Assembly (NCBI GenBank): GCA_001552015.1
Contig: CP010514.1
Coordinates: 30,001 to 62,000 of the forward strand
Origin: Candidatus Nanopusillus acidilobi
Lineage (GTDB): Archaea; Nanobdellota; Nanobdellia; Nanobdellales; Nanobdellaceae
Length of the DNA: 32,000 nucleotides
Reading direction: 5' to 3'
Position 1 is the stretch's first letter, and the number at the start of each line of letters is the position of its first letter. The notes beneath the pieces were generated by a model that saw nothing but the letters and a program-made list of their open reading frames with translations, had not been told where the DNA came from and did not search any database. Positions 7,590 through 15,840 of this stretch are shown one piece after another. The position numbers and the translations under genes are program-made.

Positions 7590-8030
7590 ATGGATCTAAA
7601 ATTTGATAAAAGGTTATTATTATTAATAATATTCTCAATAATAGGTTTAATTATATATATTTATTTATCATATGTTGTTTTAATAAATAGCTCATTACCA
7701 TTATTTTGTTCTATTAATAATACCCCAATAAATTGTGAAAATGTAATAAGAAGTCCATATTCAAAATTGTTTGGAATACCTTTAGAAATATATGTAATTT
7801 TATATTTCATAATTGATATATTTTTGATATTATTATTGTATAAGAAAATGTTTAAGATAATTTATAATTTATTATATAGATTAATTGGTATTATATTTGT
7901 AATATTTTCATTATATGTAATGTTATTTTTAATTCATTCAATATGTTTATATTGTTCTACAGTGGATGGAATATTGATTATCAATTTTGGGATAATTTTA
8001 TATTATTATAAAAAGAAAGTTTTCGAATAA
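7590..8030 (+). CDS. VKOR-family (vitamin K epoxide reductase-like) membrane disulfide oxidoreductase
   Basis: I moved the start to ATG 7590, because the track start at 7464 overlaps the minus-strand gene. 146 aa with about 4 TM helices. Loop Cys pair CSINNTPINC, the SPYSKLFGIP motif, and CLYC (CXXC) in the last TM region. Confidence 0.75.
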   Translation: MDLKFDKRLLLLIIFSIIGLIIYIYLSYVVLINSSLPLFCSINNTPINCENVIRSPYSKLFGIPLEIYVILYFIIDIFLILLLYKKMFKIIYNLLYRLIGIIFVIFSLYVMLFLIHSICLYCSTVDGILIINFGIILYYYKKKVFE

Positions 8031-8062
8031 AATTTATAATTGATAAGATTTTTTAGATATAT

Positions 8063-8251
8063 ATGAAAAATAGTATAGCAATAGATATGGTAATAATTAT
8101 AGTTATTGCATTAGTTATTTTAGTTTTGGCAGTTTTGTTTGGATATAAAATATTTTTAGGTGGAAATAATACAGCAAATGAGTCAATTAATTTTCTTAAT
8201 AACAGCTTTAATAATATTACAAATCAATCAATTTCAAATATAATAAAATGA
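8063..8251 (+). CDS. 62-aa mini pilin-like protein
   Basis: MKNSIAIDMVIIIVIALVILVLAVLF followed by a tail with the sequons NES, NNS, NIT and NQS. ATGA overlap with the 847-aa gene. Paralogous in architecture to 984-1172. Confidence 0.6.
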   Translation: MKNSIAIDMVIIIVIALVILVLAVLFGYKIFLGGNNTANESINFLNNSFNNITNQSISNIIK

Positions 8252-10791
8252 GGGGGAGTATTTTTGATGATCTTATGCTATTTATAGGATATTATCTTCC
8301 AATATTTATTATAGCTCTTGCAGGAGTTATATTTATTTTAACTTCAATATTTAAATTCTATCATATTAATAATCCATCTCAATATTATATTTCAATAATG
8401 AACCAAAATAGTCAAAACAATCAAAATAGTAATCAGAATACAATAAATTCAACAATTATGGTAAATATATATTATCAGAATGGATTTAATATATATTATG
8501 TTCCATCATTTATTGAAAATCTAAGTAATTGGAGTATATTTTATAATATTACAAATACTTATACTAGTAGTAGTAGTAATTTATCACAAATAAATCCTCC
8601 GAATATAACAAATACTAATTCAACATCATTTGATATAAGTTCATCATATAATGTTGAATTAGAATCTATAATTAATCTATCAAATAATACTTTTGAAGGA
8701 AATAATGTTATATATACGTATAATGAAACTACATATGAATGTAAAATTGTTGGAAATAATGTTTTAGAATATCAGCCAGGTAGTTTTGCATATTTTTGTA
8801 TATTATGTGAACCAGTGTCAGGAAATAGTCCAAGTATACAATATTACTATTTAAGTGAACCTGAATATATAAATATAACTCCAGTAATATCTTTATTAGG
8901 AAATTCTTATCCAAATACTCAATATTATGATTATACAGTAAATAATGTAGAAATAGTTAATGGAACATATTTAGCTATACCTTTATCAAATAGTAATGGA
9001 GGATATTCTATGGAAGATTTCCAAAATATATTAGTTACAATTGGTCCTCCTTTAAGTAATTATATAAATAATACTCCATATGTTGGGGATAATGTAGTAT
9101 TTTTAGTTAATTATGATGGTAAATATTATGCATTACCTTCATGGTATGCTGGTCAAGATAGTGAGGGAAATTATTATTTCTTTATTAATCTATTAAATAT
9201 TCCTTCATTATATAATAGTAATTTTGGTTGTAATATTATATCAATATTTGTTGGATTTAGTAATGAAAGTCTATTACCATATTTAAATGGAACAATTGGT
9301 GGTGATCCTTATGCATTAAATTCATCCAATCCGGCTTCAGCAGTTGAATATGATAATGGATTAAATGTATTTCCAATATATGTTAACTTTTATCCATATA
9401 ATGGAACAAAAGGTGAAAGAATGGAAGAAACATCAGCAGGAGTATGTAATAATGGATATGCATGTTTCGAAAATATTCAATTTAATAATGTATTACCTAC
9501 GTATAATAATATAAGTATTTATGTAAATGGAACAAATATTATTCCACAAATTATAGCAACTGGAGAATTAGAAGGATTAATGATGGATAATGGAACATGG
9601 CAAGGATCATATGCATTAATTACATCAAATGTTTTACAAAAGACTTTTAATCAATTATCTCAATCACAAAATGGATTGGGATTACAAACATTTGCATATT
9701 TTTCTGGAATACCCTGGGAAGATACTCCAGGTACTGTTACAACTCCATATGTTTCAGCTGCTATAGTATTATCATATATTAGTTATAATAATCAATTCCA
9801 AGCTGATACAGTAAATGATTATAATTATAAAGATTCAACAACGAACTGTATACATGGTCTTAGAGGATGTGCTCCTGTAGGAAATCAAAATATAGGAATA
9901 AATGTTGGGGGTGATACATATTTACCACTTAATTTCCCAATATTTATGTATGAATATGCATGGGCATTTGGTGGTCCAGGTCCAGGCTATTCTTCAGGAT
10001 ATTATGTTGGAATATTGCAATATAGTGATACATTAGGATTAGGATATTTCTTAACTACTCAATATACAAATAATCTAAATCCAAGTGGATATTATGATTA
10101 TTATTATTCAGGATCTGGTTGGAGTTGTGGTACAACTTGTTATCTCACTGGTGGTCTAACTGGTTGGAATCTCAATTATTATTTCTTAGAAGATAATAAT
10201 GGAAAGATATACGGACAAAATGGAGGATCAAATTATTTTCCCTTTATGCCACCAGATCAACAAAATAATGATTTTTATTCTCAATATGGTGTATTTTGGC
10301 TGTATAATTGGTTCCAGCCAGAAAATAATAATATGAATATATTCTTCTTAATGAATGGAAACATTTTCAATTATTCTCTTGCTTCAGAACCATATAGTTG
10401 GAATGGGGGAAGTGCGTATGCAATACCACCAAAACCACCTGGAAGAATTTTTTGCTCTGTTGAAGATGATATATGTGAACCTTTATTTGTACAATCATAC
10501 ATAAATGCATATAATACAGCGTTTAATCAATCCTATAATCTTCAAAATGCTTTATATAAATATAGCTATTTTGCTCCTAGTAGTATAAATAATAACACTT
10601 TTATACCTGGAACTTTTGGATATCATGAAGAATATAATATTATTATAAGTCACTTGCAAGATGATTCAAGCGTATATTCAGGAACCCCCTATTTATTTGT
10701 TTCAGCAGGTTCGGGAGGAGGTTCGGGTTTTATGTATCTAAACTGGATAATTGTAACGTATGGAGTTCCTTATGTTATAAGCATATCTTAA
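8248..10791 (+). CDS. large (847 aa) exported, sequon-rich surface protein with an N-terminal hydrophobic anchor/prepilin-like segment
   Basis: MRGSIFDDLMLFIGYYLPIFIIALAGVIFILTSIF, then a Q/N linker. I hand-count 23 N-X-S/T sequons and 12 Cys. This long uninterrupted ORF stands in AT-rich DNA where stop codons are frequent by chance. Confidence 0.75.
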   Translation: MRGSIFDDLMLFIGYYLPIFIIALAGVIFILTSIFKFYHINNPSQYYISIMNQNSQNNQNSNQNTINSTIMVNIYYQNGFNIYYVPSFIENLSNWSIFYNITNTYTSSSSNLSQINPPNITNTNSTSFDISSSYNVELESIINLSNNTFEGNNVIYTYNETTYECKIVGNNVLEYQPGSFAYFCILCEPVSGNSPSIQYYYLSEPEYINITPVISLLGNSYPNTQYYDYTVNNVEIVNGTYLAIPLSNSNGGYSMEDFQNILVTIGPPLSNYINNTPYVGDNVVFLVNYDGKYYALPSWYAGQDSEGNYYFFINLLNIPSLYNSNFGCNIISIFVGFSNESLLPYLNGTIGGDPYALNSSNPASAVEYDNGLNVFPIYVNFYPYNGTKGERMEETSAGVCNNGYACFENIQFNNVLPTYNNISIYVNGTNIIPQIIATGELEGLMMDNGTWQGSYALITSNVLQKTFNQLSQSQNGLGLQTFAYFSGIPWEDTPGTVTTPYVSAAIVLSYISYNNQFQADTVNDYNYKDSTTNCIHGLRGCAPVGNQNIGINVGGDTYLPLNFPIFMYEYAWAFGGPGPGYSSGYYVGILQYSDTLGLGYFLTTQYTNNLNPSGYYDYYYSGSGWSCGTTCYLTGGLTGWNLNYYFLEDNNGKIYGQNGGSNYFPFMPPDQQNNDFYSQYGVFWLYNWFQPENNNMNIFFLMNGNIFNYSLASEPYSWNGGSAYAIPPKPPGRIFCSVEDDICEPLFVQSYINAYNTAFNQSYNLQNALYKYSYFAPSSINNNTFIPGTFGYHEEYNIIISHLQDDSSVYSGTPYLFVSAGSGGGSGFMYLNWIIVTYGVPYVISIS

Positions 10792-10806
10792 AAATATTGC
10801 TAAAAA

Positions 10807-11748
10807 TTAACTGGGTAGATTATATGTTTGATTTGGAACATAAAAATTGTTGAAAGATGAACCAGCAATATTTCCAATTGCTCCGTATGGAATTATTGTT
10901 TTGTTAGGTAGTGCTAGTACATATCCTCCAGCGATATCTATACTGCTATATTGTTGATATAAGTGTGTTTCATAAACCAATGTTCCTGTTACATTTGCCC
11001 AATCATATACTGGTGAGTTTCCTGGTATTACTGCTGCGTATGTTCCTGGTGTATTCATTGCCGCTACGAAGTTGGGTACCCATTTATCATATGTATAGAA
11101 TCCTGCAATGTTCGCTGGGTTTATTTTATTTGCCTCTATTATATAATATGTCTGTCCATTTATTATTGCCTGCTCAACTGGCACCTTACCCTTAATTACA
11201 TATAAATCCTTTAAGGGGTCATATGGTTGATGATTTATTGGATCAGTCTGTCCAACAAATTGATTATTTAGTTGAACTATTTGATTATGATTATTAATTA
11301 TTGTACTTGCATACTGTCCATTCCATATTACGTCATGTAATGTTGTTCCATTGTTTAATATTAAATCACCTACAGGATCTGTTTGTCCATTATAATTTAT
11401 TGTTTGACCGTTTGGTACAAATGCTTCATAACCATTTTGAGATCCTAAATATTGTATATGTTCATTATGTGAAGGTAATGCATGTATTCCAAATAATGCA
11501 AATCCTATAGCAGCAGCAGTAGCAATAACACCAATTGCTATTGATGCATATTTTGCAGCTATACCTCTACGACCACCAAGTCTTCCTTCTAAATATGATC
11601 CTACTGAAAGTGAAGCTCTTGTATAAGGAGATAATGATAATGCATAACCTGCTATTACTGGCCCATATTCTTTTAAATATTCTTTAATTTTTCCAATACT
11701 TTTTATATTTCTCATTAAAATAGTATCTAAAGTCACACGCTCTTGCAT
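10807..11748 (-). CDS. single-pass membrane protein (about 65 aa cytoplasmic N-terminus, Ala-rich TM, extracellular domain), function unknown
   Basis: 313 aa. The TM helix is IAIGVIATAAAIGFALFGI, and a GQTDP motif is repeated in the ectodomain. It is noticeably more GC-rich than its neighbours. It shares an N-terminal module with 13194-14402. Confidence 0.7.
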   Translation of the reverse strand: MQERVTLDTILMRNIKSIGKIKEYLKEYGPVIAGYALSLSPYTRASLSVGSYLEGRLGGRRGIAAKYASIAIGVIATAAAIGFALFGIHALPSHNEHIQYLGSQNGYEAFVPNGQTINYNGQTDPVGDLILNNGTTLHDVIWNGQYASTIINNHNQIVQLNNQFVGQTDPINHQPYDPLKDLYVIKGKVPVEQAIINGQTYYIIEANKINPANIAGFYTYDKWVPNFVAAMNTPGTYAAVIPGNSPVYDWANVTGTLVYETHLYQQYSSIDIAGGYVLALPNKTIIPYGAIGNIAGSSFNNFYVPNQTYNLPS

Positions 11749-11860
11749 ATAATATACTTTTAATAAAGTTTTAAAAAGATAATTATACTTATAATTATCA
11801 AATAAATAAACCTTTTTATAAAAATTTTATAAATATTTTTAATTTCCTAATCTAAAAAAG

Positions 11861-13102
11861 CTAATATAAAATAATAAACACTACAACACCAACTATTATT
11901 AAAATAATAACCCAAATTGGTATTGAACTAAACAAAGATTTATTAGATGTTGTAGTTATACTTGGTATTGAACTATATGAAGATGTATTAGAAGTTGATG
12001 AAGTTGATGTGGTAGGAATATTATTTATATTATTGGTAGTAGTTGTAGTAGATTGACTTATTTGATAAGGTAATGGTGTTATTGCCATATATATTGAACC
12101 TTGTCCATTTGAAATATTATTTAATCCAAACCATGCTAAATAAAGATTATTATTTGAAATTGTTGCTCTTGGAATTATTGTAAATTGAGTTGTATAATTA
12201 ACAATTGATTGTAATTCTGTACCATTCCAATAATATACACTTAATAAACCAGGTCTCCATGCAATTATAACATATCCATTATTCCATGATATTGGAAATG
12301 CACTTTCATATATTGGTAAATTAAATGTCAAATTTTGATTAATTGTTAATACTCCATTATAAAATTGATATAATGAATTACCAACAAAGCCAATATCCGT
12401 TGCACTTACAAATTCAATATTTCCATTATTCATGTTTACTAAAGCATAAGTACCATTTAGAAATTGAACAGCTACAAGACCATTATTTGCACTTAAAATA
12501 CCAGCAATACCTGGAATATTTAAGGATTTAATAACATTACCTGAAAGTGTTAATTCTTCAAGTATTGTATTATTATATGTAAGGGATAATGTAGGTTCAT
12601 AAACTAAATATATATAATTTCCATCACTAGCATAACTCATTGCATCACCGCTTGTTGTTAAATTAATAACAGGTCCCCAAACATTATTATTTAATATTGA
12701 AGCTTGAAGAAGAATTGTTAAATTATTTAAACTATAACTTCCAATTGGCACACCAGCCCATAGCATCATTAATGATCCATTATTTAATTCAACTAATGCT
12801 GGACTAGCTTCTCCCAAATCATTAAAATTTGGTAAAGGTGCATTCATTTCTTCAGTTCCATTAAATACTAAACCATTAATAGTTGCAATTGATGATTTCA
12901 ATTCTGTATAATAAATATAAACAAGACCATTATAACTAGTTATTGAAAACCCATAACCAAATCTAGAATTATTAGTTATTATAATAATTGATGTATTTGT
13001 ATATTGTTGGCCATTTAAATTTGTTTGTGCTATAATTTTTGTACCTAACATTATCAAAGATAATATAAAAATAATAGCTATTGCCTTAAATTTATTTTTC
13101 AT
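11861..13102 (-). CDS. cell-surface protein: Sec-type signal peptide, beta-rich repeat body, Ser/Thr stalk, C-terminal TM anchor
   Basis: 413 aa. N-terminus MKNKFKAIAIIFILSLIMLGTKIIAQ. Recurrent strand-like blocks (YIYYTE, LMMLWAG, YIYLVYEP, LVAVQFLNGTYALV, YVIIAWRPGLLSVYYW, LYLAWFG). A TTTTTNNINNIPTTSTSSTSNTSSYSS stalk, then IWVIILIIVGVVVFIILY at the C-terminus. Confidence 0.75.
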   Translation of the reverse strand: MKNKFKAIAIIFILSLIMLGTKIIAQTNLNGQQYTNTSIIIITNNSRFGYGFSITSYNGLVYIYYTELKSSIATINGLVFNGTEEMNAPLPNFNDLGEASPALVELNNGSLMMLWAGVPIGSYSLNNLTILLQASILNNNVWGPVINLTTSGDAMSYASDGNYIYLVYEPTLSLTYNNTILEELTLSGNVIKSLNIPGIAGILSANNGLVAVQFLNGTYALVNMNNGNIEFVSATDIGFVGNSLYQFYNGVLTINQNLTFNLPIYESAFPISWNNGYVIIAWRPGLLSVYYWNGTELQSIVNYTTQFTIIPRATISNNNLYLAWFGLNNISNGQGSIYMAITPLPYQISQSTTTTTNNINNIPTTSTSSTSNTSSYSSIPSITTTSNKSLFSSIPIWVIILIIVGVVVFIILY

Positions 13103-13193
13103 ATAATTTTCTATTATTATTTATTTTTAAGTATTATGGTTATTGAAAATTTGCTATAAAAAATTAATAAAATCCAAAATTTTTATAAATGAT

Positions 13194-14402
13194 ATGAAAT
13201 CAATAAGCGATAGTGTAATAGAACTTATTATTGTAATTATTATAATAATATTTGTAATATTAGTTTTCTTTAATGTATTAAAAGGTCTTAGTTATGCAGG
13301 TAGACCAGAAGCAAAGTTTGGATATGCATTATCAGGAAGTATAAGTTTTATGGTAAATCCAATAGCACAGGGAATATCCGATGCTTCAACAATTGCAAAT
13401 GATGTATTAATAGGAATTATTGCTGCTACGGCTGTTGCTGGTATAGTTAAAGGAGTTTATGAAAATTATAATGCGAATATAGAATATTTAGAGAGTATAG
13501 GATTTAGTGAAGAAGATATACAGAATATGGATTTGAAAGATCTGTTATTTGAGGATCTTCAGAATGGAGGATCTGCATTAGGTCCTATTGCGAAAGATGT
13601 TATAAATTCATATAGAACAGTATTTTTAAATCCTTTAGGTGGTGGTTTATTATTTGGAACTATTGGTTTAGATTTATCATCTGAATCTTTAAATAATTTA
13701 GCTCATGCATTACAAGGACCAATTTTATATTATTTAGTTCCAGAAGGTTTAGTAGTTGTGAATTTGAGTAATATAGGTGGTTCCCAGATAAATGAAATGC
13801 TTAATGATTTAAATCAATCATATGTAAATAATATAGAACAACAGCAATATTGTAGTAATCCAACATCATCAGCATGTCAAAATTTATATGCAACATATTT
13901 AGTTGCAAAATATTTATTCTATACATATGGAGAAACACTGGGACAAAGTGTAACTATAGCAGGAAATCATAATGAATATGTATTATTATTATTTGACTAT
14001 AATAGTACATATAATGTTACATTAAATGATGTTTTATGTATGCTGGAAATGATGAAATATTATAATTATATTCCATTGGAAGTTATGTATGGAGATAAGG
14101 TAATAGCAAATAGTACTAATAATATCGCCTGTCAGATTTTAAGCAATGTAAATAGTAGTTTAATGTCAGAAAATCCACAAGATTCAAATAATGTATATAA
14201 TAAACTATTAGTAAACTCTTTTGAAGTAAATAACAGCAGTGGTAAACCTTATCTATTAAGTTCAACTAAAAACAACCCTTCACCAAATCAAGTTACAATT
14301 ATTCCAGGTAATCTAACATTACCAAATGGTATAATAATAGAATATACATATGAGGGAGGAAATAGGGTAATTCTATTAACATCAATTTCTGGGGGAAGTT
14401 AG
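13194..14402 (+). CDS. exported/membrane protein with a prepilin-like N-terminus and a GYALS/Ala-rich-helix module, function unknown
   Basis: I set the start at ATG 13194 (MKSISDSVIELIIVIIIIIFVILVFF) rather than the track's TTG at 13143. 402 aa with 4 Cys. The first gene of a tightly packed nine-gene plus-strand array. Confidence 0.7.
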   Translation: MKSISDSVIELIIVIIIIIFVILVFFNVLKGLSYAGRPEAKFGYALSGSISFMVNPIAQGISDASTIANDVLIGIIAATAVAGIVKGVYENYNANIEYLESIGFSEEDIQNMDLKDLLFEDLQNGGSALGPIAKDVINSYRTVFLNPLGGGLLFGTIGLDLSSESLNNLAHALQGPILYYLVPEGLVVVNLSNIGGSQINEMLNDLNQSYVNNIEQQQYCSNPTSSACQNLYATYLVAKYLFYTYGETLGQSVTIAGNHNEYVLLLFDYNSTYNVTLNDVLCMLEMMKYYNYIPLEVMYGDKVIANSTNNIACQILSNVNSSLMSENPQDSNNVYNKLLVNSFEVNNSSGKPYLLSSTKNNPSPNQVTIIPGNLTLPNGIIIEYTYEGGNRVILLTSISGGS

Positions 14403-14432
14403 TTTATAAATTACAAAGTTTTTAGATTTATA

Positions 14433-14579
14433 ATGGAAACTGGAGAACTTTTAAAGATAATCCTAGCATTAATATTTATTGTACTAATATTAATATTTGT
14501 TTTTGTCATATTGGGACCAAAAATAGGGCTAAATATAAATATATTTGCAAACTATCAATTAATAGGAGGAAATGGATAA
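14433..14579 (+). CDS. 48-aa mini pilin-like protein (not in ORF track)
   Basis: Hand translation: METGELLKIILALIFIVLILIFVFVILGPKIGLNINIFANYQLIGGNG*. Its stop overlaps the next start (ATGGATAA). Confidence 0.5.
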   Translation: METGELLKIILALIFIVLILIFVFVILGPKIGLNINIFANYQLIGGNG

Positions 14580-14754
14580 AAGAACTCAATTAGATACATT
14601 TTTAATAGCAATAATATTATTTATAGTTGCTTTAGTATTGTTAGTAATATTTATGTACTTTTATTTCAAAGGTGGAGTAAATTTATTTAATAGTATAAAT
14701 CAAACAAATGGCACAAATGTTGTAAATAGCATAAATAGTAATAACTATGGCTGA
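14572..14754 (+). CDS. 60-aa mini pilin-like protein
   Basis: MDKRTQLDTFLIAIILFIVALVLLVIFMYFYF followed by a tail with the sequons NQT and NGT. It overlaps both neighbours by 8 nt. Confidence 0.6.
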   Translation: MDKRTQLDTFLIAIILFIVALVLLVIFMYFYFKGGVNLFNSINQTNGTNVVNSINSNNYG

Positions 14755-14905
14755 TAATGCAATAAATTTTTTAATATTTTTAATTATTGCACTAGTAATA
14801 ATAATTTTAGCAATATTATTTTATTATTATATAGTAAATAATTCTATGCAGGTAAATGTAACAAGTGTTGGGTATAAAGTATTAAATCAATCTGGATTAG
14901 GATAA
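14747..14905 (+). CDS. 52-aa mini pilin-like protein (not in ORF track)
   Basis: Hand translation: MADNAINFLIFLIIALVIIILAILFYYYIVNNSMQVNVTSVGYKVLNQSGLG*. The start lies inside the previous gene (ATGGCTGA), and the stop is 1 nt before the next ATG. Confidence 0.5.
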   Translation: MADNAINFLIFLIIALVIIILAILFYYYIVNNSMQVNVTSVGYKVLNQSGLG

Positions 14906-14906
14906 T

Positions 14907-15839
14907 ATGAAAGGGGATTCTCTTATTAAAATAATTTTTGATATAATAGTATTAATTGTATTGGTAGTTTTAATATATTATATTATTACGGCACTTATTG
15001 GATTATCTATGGGGAAAGATTTTGAATATATCGGATATTTAAATTCAATTGCTGATGCTATAAATAATAATGCTACTGGACAGATATTTATAGATAATTA
15101 TGATTATAATTATGTTTTTGTATTGACATATAACAATGGATGGTATTTACAATTATATCATTGTTTTCCTCCGAACGTTGTTGTAGGTCTTTTATCTGTT
15201 AAATTAGTATATTGGAATGTTTCTACAACAGATAATGGAAATACTATCATATTTGCACCAGCATTAGCATTTTGTAAATTAATAAAACAAAGATCATTAG
15301 ATAATGTAAATGAAATAAATATAAACATACAAGGATTAAATGATAATGCTGGTTTATTAGCATATTCTGAGAATAGTAATTTAAATGTTTTTGACCTTTT
15401 TATAAATGTAATAATAAATACTGTTAGTAATCTTCAAATACCATCATCAATGGTTCTTACTATAATAAATGATACAAATATAACATGTAATAGTAATAGA
15501 TGTACGTTTATGTCAACAATTAATGAAAATAGTAATACATATGAAGAAAGTGGTAATATATATTGTTCTCCATATTCAAATATGAATTCAAATAGTTTAA
15601 CATATAATCCATCGGTATGTGTTGAATTATCAGGATTTCCACAAAATTCTCAAGTACAGCTTAGTAATTTAGAAGGTGAAATAGTAGATGCTGCTACATT
15701 AGGAAGTCTCTTTCAAGGGGTAGATTTTCCAATATTATTATTAGCAGGTTCTTTACCACCAACAGTAATGTATATAGATGTAAATAGTAATGATGGAACG
15801 GCAGATATTAATATATATATAGGAGAAACTGTTTCATAG
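14907..15839 (+). CDS. 310-aa exported protein with a class III-like N-terminus
   Basis: MKGDSLIKIIFDIIVLIVLVVLIYYII fits K-G-D-S-L-I followed by a helix. 6 Cys. N-rich body, no recognised domain. Confidence 0.7.
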   Translation: MKGDSLIKIIFDIIVLIVLVVLIYYIITALIGLSMGKDFEYIGYLNSIADAINNNATGQIFIDNYDYNYVFVLTYNNGWYLQLYHCFPPNVVVGLLSVKLVYWNVSTTDNGNTIIFAPALAFCKLIKQRSLDNVNEININIQGLNDNAGLLAYSENSNLNVFDLFINVIINTVSNLQIPSSMVLTIINDTNITCNSNRCTFMSTINENSNTYEESGNIYCSPYSNMNSNSLTYNPSVCVELSGFPQNSQVQLSNLEGEIVDAATLGSLFQGVDFPILLLAGSLPPTVMYIDVNSNDGTADINIYIGETVS

Positions 15840-15840
15840 T

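Noticed and set aside
8729-8914. Short antisense ORFs inside island genes: 8729-8914, 10911-11195, 11301-11510, 12343-12531, 15713-15919, 16146-16328, 18305-18499 and 30661-30906. Also 19812-20134, which is antisense to taw3.
   Set aside because: They are embedded in much longer ORFs on the other strand that have coherent signal-peptide, TM and ectodomain architecture. They have no features of their own.
13143-13193. TTG-initiated 17-aa extension (MKICYKKLIKSKIFIND) of the 13194-14402 gene
   Set aside because: The in-frame ATG at 13194 gives an N-terminus (MKSISDSVIELII...) that matches the other island proteins. The extension would fill most of the divergent promoter spacer.
14433-14905. 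Calling the mini-pilins archaellins (FlaB)
   Set aside because: Archaellins are roughly 200 aa or longer, with a conserved N-terminal domain and a globular beta-rich body. These ORFs are 48-62 aa with no such body, and there are no fla accessory genes nearby.
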